DNA from: Chrysomallon squamiferum
Lineage: Eukaryota > Animalia > Mollusca
Length of the DNA: 64,000 nucleotides
Assembly: GCA_012295275.1 (NCBI GenBank)
Contig: CM022673.1
Location: 4,898,001-4,962,000, forward strand
Direction of reading: 5' to 3'
The notes under the pieces: model-generated
What the model saw: only the letters and a program-made list of their open reading frames with translations
Told to the model about the DNA's origin: nothing
Database searches by the model: none
Position numbers and translations under genes: made by a program
Part shown: positions 49,283 to 63,092 of the stretch, one piece after another
Layout: the number at the start of each line of letters is the position of its first letter
Numbering within the stretch: position 1 is the first letter of the stretch

Positions 49283-50335
49283 ATCTGTCCTTCCATCCAT
49301 CCATGGACTTGTCTGTTCGTATTTCCGTTTGTTTTTCTATTTATCCATATAAAAATATATGCATAGTGACATAATCTTCTTATTGTCATATTTACTTTGC
49401 TCCAGTGTGTGTGTTTGCGTGTGTGTATGTGTGTCTATAGTACGTAATAATATTATATTTACTCCAATATTTTAACAAATTAACGTATGTTTGTTAAAGT
49501 TAACTAATGCTCATATTAACTGAGTCAAATGTCAAACACAGTTTATGATTTTTCTTTGATAATAAAAGAAGAAACCGATTAGATCGTGTTCTGCTAATGT
49601 CAACAATCAAATATGTGTCTGTGTGTGTATGTGTCTATAAATGAGTGTGTTTGTGTATGTGTGTGTATCTGTGTGTGTGTGTGTCTGTGTGTGTGTCTGT
49701 GTATGTGTCTATGTATGAGTGTGCACTTCTCACAGAGAGAATAACACATGCCACTGACTTTGATACATCAGTCGCACAGATTAACTCGAATGGGAAATTC
49801 CCCCACTTGTCCTTCACAAAGGATTGACACCGCGACCTGTCGTTGCTGGGGCAAACAGTGCAGCACTGATTTACTACGATTTCCTCTTGGTACATTTAAC
49901 AACTCCATTCTGGTCACGAATTAACGGTATCGAAACTATGGATTTTTTTTCGGTTGTATTTGCATATCTCTTTTGTAAGAAAAACTACGGGTTAACGATC
50001 AGATCTAATTATATCATTAATAACGAGAAAAATATCGAGTCCTTTCTTTCTTTTTTTTTTTTTGAAGTTCAGTAGTAATGTTAATATGAATAAAGCGATT
50101 TTGGTATTTCCGCTTTGATCAGAATGTTGCTGAACGTATTAAGAAAGAAAATAGAAAACAATAACATATATACATGGCCACACATACACATGCTTATATT
50201 GTACATACATACATACATACTTACATACACGTGTGTGTATGTAGTGTTTCTTTATGTATGTGTATATGTGTGAATGAATGTATGTATACATTCATACATA
50301 CACACAACCATGGTTATATAAAAACATGACCATAT

Positions 50336-50445
50336 CATACATACGTACGTACATACATACATACATACATACATACATACATACATACATACATACATAC
50401 ATACATACATACATACATACATACATACATAAATACATACATACA
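50336..50445. repeat. (TACA)n microsatellite
   Basis: Directly visible. Confidence 0.95.
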
Positions 50446-50819
50446 AACATACAGACACTATCCAGTAACTAAACCCCAAGCAGAAAAAACAACAACAACA
50501 AAAAAACCATGCTGATAAATATTTTTTTACACATGATTTGTTTTAAGGCTGGAATTATCCGCTACTAACAGTAAATGTGGATCACATCTAATCTTTATAT
50601 CACTGACATTAACTCACAGTATGTCACCAGTGCATGTTCTATATTAACTGTATGTTTATTCTTATGTAATGGTATTATTAACACTTTACAATACATATAA
50701 TGTGGAAATTAATTTAACGAGATCAACGTACATTGCTTGAACACGAACTAAGAGTAAAGCTATCAAAGTTTGTTCTATAACAATAGTTGTAACTGTTTTG
50801 TGTTGTTTATATTTTACAA

Positions 50820-51140
50820 CAGGGTTTTACAAACTTTTTGTACTCCTAGAATTGATGTGGATATGGAAAACAAAATAATTGCGGAATCTAAAGTCCTAAA
50901 AAAATTTTAATATGATTTTTTAATTATTATTATTTGTTTATTTTAAGTTTTATTTTCTTAAATTTGACGGATATGGTCTCAGAAAGATTATAACAAAATT
51001 TTTAACTGAATTTTCAATTTTTAAAAATTATAATCTTTTTATCATGGATCCTAAAATTCCTAATATTGAAAAATTTATTTCTCTGAAATTAAGCACGGAA
51101 CCAACGACAATTCGTGCTGAGCCCAGTTTGAGAAACTTTG
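50820..51140. mobile_element. Degenerate non-autonomous hAT (Charlie-like) MITE, about 320 bp
   Basis: TIRs cagggttttacaaact / agtttgagaaactttg (12/16 match), imperfect 8-bp TSD ttttacaa / gtttagaa, subterminal cggaa(t/c)c motifs. Confidence 0.6.
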
Positions 51141-51619
51141 GTTTAGAACTTGACAAACATTATCAAAATAGTTTAGCAAAATCGCTGTATCGTGGTTAAA
51201 TATTGACATATTCGTATCAAAGTTTGTTCCATAAATGTTGTTAAAACTTAAGAAAACAACAGCAGATCAAGAGATGTATTAAGAAAAATCTCCGTTCTCT
51301 GCTGAAACATTAAAGTATTCCTGTCAAAATTTGTATCCATAACTTGGGTAACTGTATGCGTAATTACCGTGAAGAATGCAGGTAATGGGTATGAGCATTT
51401 GTTTGGTAAAATCACTGTACTTTGTGAAAAGATGGGTTCAAAGTATTCTTATCATAGGACTTAGAAAACGTAAACACCTTGTTAATTTTGATCATCTGAA
51501 ATCGCCGTGTTTTAAACAGCTGAAACTTTAGTCCAGAATATATCATCAAAAACTGTTCGATATTTGCATAACCATTTGCGTTACTAAGAGTTCAAAACAC
51601 GGACAGTGTATGGAAACCA

Positions 51620-52050
51620 GTTATCTGTAATCTGCGACATTAGAAACGTTTATTTCAAACGACAGACCAGATCTGTTCTACATCTATATAATGTTACTAA
51701 CACTAGAGCATGGAAATACAGTATGAAAATTAATTATCTGTAATATGTGACATTACAGTACTAAAACGTTTATTTCTACACACACACGCACATACACATA
51801 TATATGTGTGTGTGTGTATGAAAATAATTATCTGTAATATGTGACATTACAGTACTAAAACGTTTATTTCTACACACACGCACATATATATGTATGTTAA
51901 CACTGGAAATACAGTATGAAAATTAATTATCTGTAATATGTGACATTACAGTACTAAAACGTTTATTTATACACACACACGCACACACACATATATATGT
52001 TAACTCTGTAGTATGGACATACAGTATGAAAATTAATTATCTGTAATTAA
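51620..52050. repeat. Tandem ~90-110-bp repeat (ggaaatacagtatgaaaattaattatctgtaatatgtgacattacagtactaaaacgtttattt + (CA)n/(TA)n), about 4-5 copies
   Basis: Near-identical blocks at ~51713, ~51816, ~51905, ~52015. Confidence 0.85.
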
Positions 52051-52380
52051 TGGCCGCCTCTGTCAAGGTTACCGTCTAGAAAAAGGGCACAACGTCGTTA
52101 CTGTTGTTAGGAAAACGTAAGCCTAATGCCCTACGGTTGAGTCGGGAACGGCGACCGCTGAAAGGCTTATTGATTGGACGCTGTAAACTGCGGACTTATT
52201 TTCCACTTGGGTTTGTCCAACAAGAGCTGCGAGCGTGTGTAACTGAAACCTGCCTTTATCGTCGAGAAATCAGTTTATCTGACACCACCCGCGTTTTGAC
52301 AAGGCTTTGAGACCAAGAAGCCGAGTCACTGACTGCCTGGTTCTTGTCAGTCGTGTCCCGGAAATGACTTCAAATTGGAA
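52050..52380. promoter_or_regulatory. CpG/GC-rich putative promoter or enhancer island
   Basis: Sharp GC/CpG rise; reverse CCAAT box (tgattgg ~52172), ETS-like ccggaaat (~52358), YY1-like aatggccgcc (~52049). Confidence 0.4.
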
Positions 52381-52682
52381 CTGTATATAGAAACTGAGAT
52401 AATCTAGAATTATTATTACTTTATTATTATTATTATTGTTATTTGGTTTATACGTCTGAAAATCAGGCAGTCGAAACATGCATTCCGCAGTCTAGGACTA
52501 CTCTTCTTTTATTTGCAATACACAGGAAAGCACACACTACATAGATAAACCAATCGTGAAATACTAGCTGGAATTGGAAAATGCAACCCCGTCCAAAATG
52601 ACACGTATAAAAAACAACACAGACATATACATACATGCACACATACATACATGCATACATACAAAGATATGTACATACATAG

Positions 52683-52762
<80 letters not shown>

Positions 52763-53246
52763 TATTATTATTATTATAATTTTTTGTTGGTATTTTAGTC
52801 TCTTCATTAAAGATTATATTTATTTTTACTTACTTTCACTTTACATAGATTAAGGCTCAATTAAACACTTTATTTTATAGTTCTTTTATTCAAGTTTTTT
52901 TAAAACCTTTCTTGCTGACTGTGTGACTCAAGACGTAGCAACAGGTTTTATTTATTGCTTTTTTAAATCTTTTTTATTTTATTTTTTATTTTTAATGTGT
53001 GTGATCAGGAATGAATAAGACTCTCAACTCAGTACTCTGAAGCTGATGTAGTATCATGTTAACCATTCTGTTCTGTTTTTCTCAGTACCAATACTAAATG
53101 TTTTAACTAACATATTTATATATAGGTCTTTACAATACGAATGAAACTAATATATATAGATTTTGTAAATCTATATATATATTTTTTTATTTTTATTTTT
53201 GTTTTATGAATGACATGAGTTATTAGTTTACTTGATATTCGTAAAA

Positions 53247-53281
<35 letters not shown>

Positions 53282-54925
53282 ATCAAAAAAAAATGAATAA
53301 ATTAAAAATATACATTATTCACAATACTATATGAAATAAATTCTGATATTTAAAAAAATAATAATTATTAAAAAATATAAAAATGTTTTTTTTTTAGTTA
53401 ATAATGAAATCAAAAATATAAAACAAAACATTCTTTTTAAATTAAAAATCTAAAATATACAAACACATCAACAATCCCCCACCCCAAAGAAAAACAGATA
53501 GTTACAAAAAAACGCGATAAAACAAAAAACCCCAAAACGAAACAACAAAATGTATTTAAAAAAAATTAATAAAAAAATAAAACAACCCAAAACCCACCGA
53601 ACAAATAGGCAAAAAAATATCATAAACTTGGTATTTATAATATTTATGACTGTAGTATATGCAATGGGAAAGGATCGTTGAACTATCGCATGATTGTTGG
53701 TTATTACGGTTGTTTGTATTTGACAGGTGTGAACTACATGCTTTTATTTCACTTCTTATCTTAAACTACACAGACATGCTATACACCACCTAGCTGTAGT
53801 TCGCGTGGATAAGATTTTCAAATTTTATTTTCATTTCATACAAAAAACAAATAATAATATAATAAATAAATAAATTAAATTAAATTAAATTAAATTAAAT
53901 TAAATCAAATCAAACAAATAACAATAAAAAATAATAAATAAATAAAATAGTAATAATGATGATAATGATAATAAAGATAATATCGTTACTATTATTATTA
54001 TAGTTATAAGAGTAACAACAACAATAATAATAATATGAAATAATGCTAAAAATCAAACGCAGTAAAGTTATTCAGCTCAAAACAGACTTTGAAGCTGTCG
54101 CCTTTGGTCCTTTCTTGTTATATTTTTTCCTTTTAACTTTATCATTGCTTTAAAAGTTTCTACAAAATTTTATATTATGGTAAAACGAAGATATTAGTCT
54201 TATTCAAAAGGCTGGAAATAACTGTAATCCTTAACAAATAACTCCCTGTTTTAATATGACAGCATTATAAAGAATTAGTCATATATATTTGTGTTTTAAA
54301 ACTAAAGCACGAATGGCGTAATCCAAATATCATTTTAATGATTGCGTCATTATGAAAAATATAATTCTCAAGATGAAACGAATTTCTTCCTTAATAATTT
54401 TTTTTTTTGGAATAAATATCATTTAGCTTATTTTAAATTTAAAATGAATGAACAAGAGACGTAATAGTATTTTAACGTATCTACCAACCAATTTTGCAAG
54501 TACGAAAAGCAGATTGATCTAGTTTTATTATCTGGTGCGGGTGGGAATAACCTAGTTATATGTGTAAACATAAAGTAAACGGCGATTTTTAAAGACGAAG
54601 TACTATGCACGAGATATTTTCTGTGGTAAATTCCGCCCTTGCCAGTTACAGCACAGAAATTACAATAAACAAAGATTATCGTCTGACGAGGCAATTGGGT
54701 TTATCCGTTTTAGTGGGTTATGGGTTGATCGGATTACATCTGACAAGTAAAGGCCACGTCTAGAATTACGATTACAGAATACGCATAACTTATGCGACAG
54801 TGCATAAAGTGTACGACAAAAAAACAAAGAAAATATGTGTCATTTTATACATCTTATTACAAAATCAAAACATTGCTACCGAAACAATATACTTTAAGTA
54901 TTAAGCTATGTCTCTGCGTGTGTAC

Positions 54926-54928
<3 letters not shown>

Positions 54929-55015
<87 letters not shown>

Positions 55016-55140
55016 ATACATTCAGACAACTGTACATATATATGCATACGCATACATACATACATACATACATACATACATACATACATACATACATACA
55101 TACATACATACATACATACATACATACATACACATACATA
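54929..55140. repeat. Compound (CT)n + (TACA)n microsatellite
   Basis: Directly visible. Confidence 0.95.
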
Positions 55141-55537
55141 TATGCATATACTAATAAACACACTAATACATATATATATACATTAGTAAACGCCCTCACT
55201 GGACTCAGCGTTTATTTGTGAGAAAGTTGTTTTTACAGCTAACAAACACACTTTATGATGAATAAAAGTAACAGCCATATAAAATTTATGTTTTATTTTC
55301 GTGTCCAGAATAAATTTTCTTCATAGTTTTTTTTTTTTTTTTATCGTGGCACGGTGGCTTCGTACAAACACACTTAGTGACGTCTAGAAGATTTAATATC
55401 TGTCATTATTTACCATAGCTCACGCTTTCTTTTGATCAATGGGTTATTTCCCAATCCAACCATTAGACTCAGTATATTTGCCTTCCCGTCTAAGCATGCT
55501 GTAATTTGTTGTGGAAAGATTTTGATCCATATAATTA

Positions 55538-55745
55538 TGTATGTGCGTGCGTGTGTGTGTATGTGTCTGTGTGTCTGTTTGTGTATGTATGTGTGTGTTT
55601 ATACATACACACATACATACACACATACATACACATGCACATACATACAGAGACATACATACATACATACATACATACATACATACACATACATACATAC
55701 ATACATACATGCATGCATGCATACATATATACACACACACATATA
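55538..55745. repeat. Compound (TG)n / (TACA)n microsatellite
   Basis: Directly visible. Confidence 0.9.
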
Positions 55746-56583
55746 TATTCTCTTCCTGGTTTGTTTGTCGTTAAGACAAGTAAATATGTCGACAGGTCTG
55801 GGCGACATTTAAATTAACTGTCATTTTGAAGAACATTACATGCCCAAATAATAAATCGTCTAACTGTTAAAAAATTACTGACTGTTATAAATCTAAATAC
55901 GAAGTGTTCCTCGTCACCTGGTTTCAAGTTTGTGAGAACAGTCTCGTTTAAATTACTTTTCAAACATCTCATAGGCGAGAACGAGACCAGTGTGAGTTAC
56001 AAGGTGCGCTGAGTGTAAGTGTTCTGTGTACAGTGTCATTTAGGTGTGTTGTGTGTGAGTTGTGAGTGTAGAGTGTCAGAGAAACTAAAGAAAAATCCTT
56101 AATAAATAAAATAAATATTTGCTCGATACTTCCAGCAGCGTATCTTTAGATACGTGTATGTATGTATGTATGTATGTATGTATGTATGTGTATATATGAA
56201 CAGACATACTCACACAACTATAGCAGTAATGTATCAATAATAAAAGGAACAGTTGTAGCAGTAGCGGTAGCAACAGTAATAATAATAATAATCGTCATCA
56301 GCATTGTCATCATCATCGTTATGGTAGTTATAGTAATAATAATATACACACAAACACGCATAAACAAATACCAAAAAACAAACAAAAAAATACAAAACAA
56401 AAAAACTATCAAATAAAGTTTCAGAAAAAGAAATCAAATGAAAAATGAACAAGTGCAATATTAATACCTAATTATCGCATAGGAAAACAATTCGGTTTTA
56501 GAACGGATATTAAGATATAGGTAGCATACTCTTTGAACTTCTATAAATAACATACTTCAGACACACACACACATTCACACACA

Positions 56584-56619
<36 letters not shown>

Positions 56620-57144
56620 AGAATAACAGCAAACCGTCTAAAGAAAAAAAAAAAAAAAAAAAAAGAAAAACAAAGTAACAAACATGCTAACAAACGAACA
56701 AACAAAAAGTAGAAGATTGTAATAAACTATTAAACATAACCATTAAGAATCGATATCTATTTATTATAATCTCTTTTATTTATTTCATGCGTGACCATGT
56801 AGGATATATCCTCTCTATAATATCATACAATAAAGCAATATCAATATATAAAAAAAATAACAATTCTAATCAGTGTAATTTATCCGTAATATGTTATTTT
56901 TTTTCGTTACTCTGTTTGCGAATGTATTTGTTATTTAAAGTATTGTAAATCAAACGTCTAGCGTTGGTCGAGATATTCTACAGTTGTTGGTATTACAATA
57001 AATTTGCCTGTACACTTTTATAGATCATTACCTGAACTTCGTTCTAGGTGTTTACTTCTTACTAGAAGCCAGACGAAAGAAACTAAAAGAAGAGGATTTG
57101 CTAATTTCAACATTTTATTATATTCATTAACTTTTTCTCTGCAG

Positions 57145-57420
57145 AATATTATAAAGAAGTATGGGATAACGTAAAAGAATATCGAGCAGGACGAAAGAAA
57201 TAAAAAACAACAGCTCCTGGACTATCATTAGCATCATCATCATCATCGTCATCATCCTCATGATTACTGCGACCATCATCTCTTGAAAATCGTCCAGTCT
57301 CCATCATCGTCGTCAGAGTTACACAACAACCACGGCCACCGTCATCATCTGCTACGTTACTACCATCATCATCTTGATCACATCGTTGTCATTGCGACAG
57401 TAGAAGCAATTTAATTTTGA
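57145..57420 (+). other. 5'UTR part of the first coding exon of the CNBD gene, with short uORFs and (CAT)n tracts
   Basis: ctttttctctgcag acceptor ending 57144; in-frame TAA/TGA immediately before ATG 57421. Confidence 0.55.
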
Positions 57421-57574
57421 ATGACTGAGTTAAAACACGGGAAGATGACGAAAGTTGTCGAACAGGTGATTGACATCATTGCAAAACCGGCAGAGAAGAG
57501 ACTGGAGAAGGAAATCCACGACATCATTCCTTGGCTTCGCAGACGTACCCAGATTTTTCAAAGTCAAGAAACAG
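57421..57574 (+). CDS. CNBD exon MTELKHG...KPAEKRLEKEI...SQET
   Basis: ATG after in-frame stops, g|gtatta donor, phase 1. Confidence 0.85.
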
Positions 57575-57615
<41 letters not shown>

Positions 57616-57756
57616 GTTATTATTGTTATTGTTATTGTTATTATTATTATTGTTATTATTATTATTGTTGTTGTTGTTGTTCTTCTTCTTCATCTGCTTT
57701 TTCTTATTATCTTAATTCACACAGAATCTGTTTACAATTAAAAAAAATAATAAAAA

Positions 57757-57788
<32 letters not shown>

Positions 57789-59222
57789 GACGACGAAGAA
57801 GAAGAAGAAAAAAAGATGGTTGAGAAATGAAATGATACGAATAAACAGATAAATTAAATTAGTTCCTTACAGATATTTTAATGATAAAGATAATTCTGTA
57901 CAATGAGGATATTAGAGAAGAGATATTAAAAGTAGTGTAATGATCGTTCCCCACTATGAGAAGGTGTATATCAAAAAAACACTTTCTGCTAAACGATAAA
58001 AAATAGCTTATGGAGAGCAGCTGCAGTAAATTACGTCACTCACATCATCATTATTTCATAACATCGATATGTGACACCTAATAACATTTAATTTTAAAAC
58101 ACTGCATCTAAATCTGACCTGTGGGACCTTTAAAACAAAACATAAATCATTCGTTTGACAACTGAATACTACTTAAATGTTACTTAGTAAAACACTCAAT
58201 TAGAAATACTTTATTGCAGTGGTTCTAACTGATAGTACCGTTGAAAGAGGCGGACATTCATTCCGATGTCATGTGTTCAGCGACTGGTGACAAATTTTCA
58301 TTTATATCCTTGTTTGTGACTCATAACTCGTCCATTAAAAGAACAATAAGCAATAAAAAAAGAATCCTTCCTACCGAGTATTGAACCCGCGACCTCTCGC
58401 ACATAAAAATGGTATTTTATCCATTCATATAATGATTTTGTAGAGTGCAGTAAATTTTCCAATATATTATGACATTCTTCCATTTCTGCCAATCGACTTA
58501 AAGTAGATAATATTATCTTCTCTATCGGTGTTTCTTTCTCTGTGATATGTTTTTTTCTTTGTCCTCAAATAATAGCTAAACAAAAGTTACGATATGCACG
58601 TTTGACTTTAACTATCATCTGTCGCCGTAGGGGACTGTCTTTTGCAGTTAGAAATAAATGAGTCTGATAGTAATAAACAATAAAACAAATATAAATAACA
58701 ATAACACTGAGTTCTGATAATTGCAGTAACATAATAATGTAAGTAAAAGAAAGAAAAGTTCCCAGAGAAATATAAGACTGTAATACCTACTATTACAGAA
58801 CAGACACATACAAAAAGAAAGATATGATTCTAGATATAAATGTAGATTTTGATGAAGTTTTTTTATATGTTAAAGAAAATTTGCTGATCGACAGATAAAA
58901 TTAACTTGCAGATAGCTAGATATAAGAAGATAGATATAAAAATAGACAGAGATATAAAAGAGACACAGATACATAGACAGACAGACAGACAGATAGATAG
59001 ACTGATGGACATATTGATGGACAGAAAAATAAATAAAGAAGAGAGAGACAGACTAGGTAGAGAGATATAGAAAGAGAAAGATATAGAAAGGTGAACAAAC
59101 AGATATATAGGTAGATAGATATACAAAGAAAGAAAGAAAGATAGAAAGGTAGAAAGGTGAATAGATAAGATAGATAGACAGACTGACAGACAGATAGGTA
59201 GATATATAGAGAAACAGAGCAG

Positions 59223-59286
<64 letters not shown>

Positions 59287-59749
59287 AAGAGAGAGAGAGA
59301 GGATTATTATGCAGTCTAAATAGTGTTGTATAATTTCAGACGTTCTGATGGACATAATTCGTCACTGTCACTACCAAATGGCGCAGGCAGATGACATCAT
59401 CATCAGACAAGGAGAGCCAGGAGACTGGTTGGTTAAGATTTCTTATTAATAAATATTTTACATAATAGAGTTCATTTTTTAAACCACCAGTATCATATGA
59501 CAAATCCAAGCAATGAGAAAACAAATAGCAACTCTGAACTTTAAAATCTCATACCTCAAAACCAAATTTTTAAACTTCATATGAATATTAGTCGGACAAT
59601 ATCCGTGACTTTAATCATGTTGATGTGTAGAAAGTTTCAAAATGTAAGTTTTTTTTTTGGATATGAGGTGTTAAATTTCAGGGTGTTTTTTTTTTGTGTG
59701 TTTCCCCCCCGCCCGCTGTTTTAATCATTTAATATTACTTGGATCAAAT

Positions 59750-59784
<35 letters not shown>

Positions 59785-60310
59785 TTTGCGAACAAGAAAT
59801 ACAATTAAAGGACAAATAAGATCACCCGTTCCCCACAAACGCCCCCCCCCAAAAAAAAACAACAACAACAAAAAAGCGCACACAAAGACAAAAACAAAAA
59901 AAAAAAAAAAAAACTCACGCAAACGACTAAGCCCAAGGTAGACAACTACCATTAAAAGCTGGTAATACTTTCACCAGTTGTGTCCCTTCTAAAATGCACT
60001 TTCGTTTGTGCTACGCGTGTAACTACGTGGTTTTGTTTGTGTTAACAGTATGTACATTTTACTGAGAGGGAAAATATCAGTCTACATCGATTCCAGAATG
60101 ACAGGAGAAGATGACGGAAACTCCCCCATTCCACCTTCCCCTTACAAGGAAAGAAGAGGCGGGGCCAGTCCCGAGTGGGTGAGGAAAAGACGTCACGTGG
60201 AGAGGTCTGCGCTAGGAAAATTCATTATTCGATGTGGTAAGTAATGTCTTGTTCTGAAGTAATAATAATAATAATAACAACAACAAAAACAATAATAATA
60301 ATAATACTGG

Positions 60311-60384
<74 letters not shown>

Positions 60385-62422
60385 CAACAACAACAATAAC
60401 AATAAAAACAGCATCAACAACATCAACATCAACAACAACAACAACAATAATAATAAAAACAACAACAACAATAACAATATAGAATAATGTTATCCGAGAT
60501 ATGTACATGATACAAGCAATCAAATATTTATCATCAGTTGCATAAGTTTGCAGTTGTTTCATTATATCCACTATAAACCCATTTGGGGAGTGGCTTACAT
60601 TTCCAAAATATAAATTTAGGGCTTATACAAACAGTTTCTAAGGCAACCATTTTAATAAATGATTTCAGAATCCGGAACAAATTTTGGAGAAGTGGCTCTT
60701 ATTAGCGAAGATAATATTCGAAACGCCACCATAATAACAGACAGAGACTGCGATTTCATGGTTATTGATCGTGAACTTTTCAATCGATGTCTCAAGGTGA
60801 GAGTTATGACGTCATAAGGTGACATATAATTTTTATGTAAATTTTAGTATTATATTTCATCCGTCTTAAAATAGCACTGTTTCGTTTAGTATGAATTCAT
60901 CCGCTGACTGCTGGTTTATATATATATATATATGGAATGCAAACGTACGTGCATACATACATACAAACATACATGCACACGCACACGCACACACACACAT
61001 ATACACGTTGCAAAAATAATATATGTATACAGCTATTATATATATATATATATACTCAGACACACACACACTAGTGTGTATGTGGGTGTGTATTGGATCT
61101 GTGTACATCAGCATGCAGTGAAATAATATATGATTATTTTACGACCTGCATTTGCTTCTAGCTAAACAAAAGAGGATAAATATAATGTCTTATTTAATCT
61201 GCTCGACTTCTCTCGTTGAATGTAGATGATACAGCTTCATAGTTTTTCACAAAACAAGAAAGAAACGCGAACACGAAAGAAAAAAAACTTTGTCATTTGC
61301 CGCTTCGAAAGCCGTGTCATTTCTGCGAGTCTAGAAGAGTCGTTTATTGCCAGCTACGATGTACAGAGTCACAAACACAAAACAGGCACAATAATAAAAT
61401 AAATAGTAAAATAATAAAGTGTATTTGTAATGGCATAGTTCTTTGGAAACGGCATTACCTTTTATATTTTCTGGTAGGTGTAAAAATAACACAAACATTT
61501 CCCCTGACTTCTGAGAAATATTTTCAAAATGAATTCTAAGGCCTATTTAACAATTTAATGTGATTTATTATTATTTTTTTTTTCAACACATGTTTATTAA
61601 ATAAAGAAATCAAGACTTGCGTATTCTCATGATTACCGTAAATGTTTTGTTTAAAAAATAAATGTATAATTATCCATGGTATATAAATATGATATCACAG
61701 ATTTATATCTGTGAAACAGGTTATATCGTCAAATTCATAGATTCAGTGGACCACTATAAAATGATTAATAGTTGCTTACTACCGGCAATTAAATACTGTT
61801 ATAATATAAGCAGTATTTAATAAAGAGTAGTAAGTGTAGATAATTTCGGGTCAGCTAAAGAAAAAAACGGTTTTTAAACATTATATATATACGTTTAAAA
61901 TATATTACACTATATACATATAAATATATAAATATATACATACATACATACATGCATGCATATACATACATACATTAGATACAATGGCTAATATCTCTTC
62001 TTGATACTGGTAGTTTTTTTTATATCAACGAACGAATCAAAGAGATGGAAGGATGGATTAACAGATCGATGTACTGATTTATTGATCGTCTGATCAGTCG
62101 AACGAATGTATTATTGTTTGCTTAGCTAATTGATTGGTAGCTGATAGACAGGTAATTAGGTACAAAAGTTGATGAATGGATAGCCACGTGTACTAATTAT
62201 TATTAAGGTATTAAACTTTTCACCAATATTTCTACCTACCTCGAATTAAGACACAACCACAATAACTAATCCATCCTATAAAAAGCAACAACAAATAAAT
62301 ATCTGTAAAAATAACATAAAAAACTTTTAACACAAATCTTTATTTACTCAGCTGAAACATAATTTTTCAATCCTGTTCTGGTCCAGATTTTTTTTTTTTT
62401 TACTCTCCAAAAACAATTTTTA

Positions 62423-62453
<31 letters not shown>

Positions 62454-62995
62454 GGCGACATCCAGTGGTTTCTGTAGGCCACGCATCAACGATTCCTATG
62501 TTTTCTCAGTCATTATGAGAATGAAATTAAACGTGAAACTGGCTTTAACTACTACATTTATAAAGTATTCTCTGCCATTATTATTTGATGAATGTAACAC
62601 ACGAATATTAGACGCGGGCCATCTGTTGGCTTTGTTGTTGATGGTTCTGTGCCCGTAAAATAAAAGACAGTAAAGCAAAAAAAAATTGTGAATGTTTGTG
62701 ATCACACCTTGTTCTGTGTGGTCACTAGTCGAAGTGGGGACAGTTCTTACTGTTGTGTTGTGTTGTGTTGTATTTCTTTTTTTTTTCTGGAAGGTTAATA
62801 ATTGTTATTGTTATGATGATGGTTTCTGAAGAGGTAGGTGGTAAGAGGTTTTAGGTAGAATACAGTGCAGTGATATAATTAAGAAAACAAATAATTGTTA
62901 CTTTGTTACAGATTGTTGATTTAAATCAAATGAAATTCTTGTTTAATATAAAGCGAACAGGTATTTTTGTTATAAAATTGTATATAAATGTGTTA

Positions 62996-63092
<97 letters not shown>

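Noticed and set aside
52463-56458. Many ORFs such as MYVCMYVC, HTYIHT, LSLSLS and poly-I/N
   Set aside because: Translations of (TACA)n, (CT)n and (AAT)n microsatellites
58355-58410. tRNA gene
   Set aside because: Only a B-box/T-arm-like piece; no acceptor stem or cloverleaf, so called a SINE fragment
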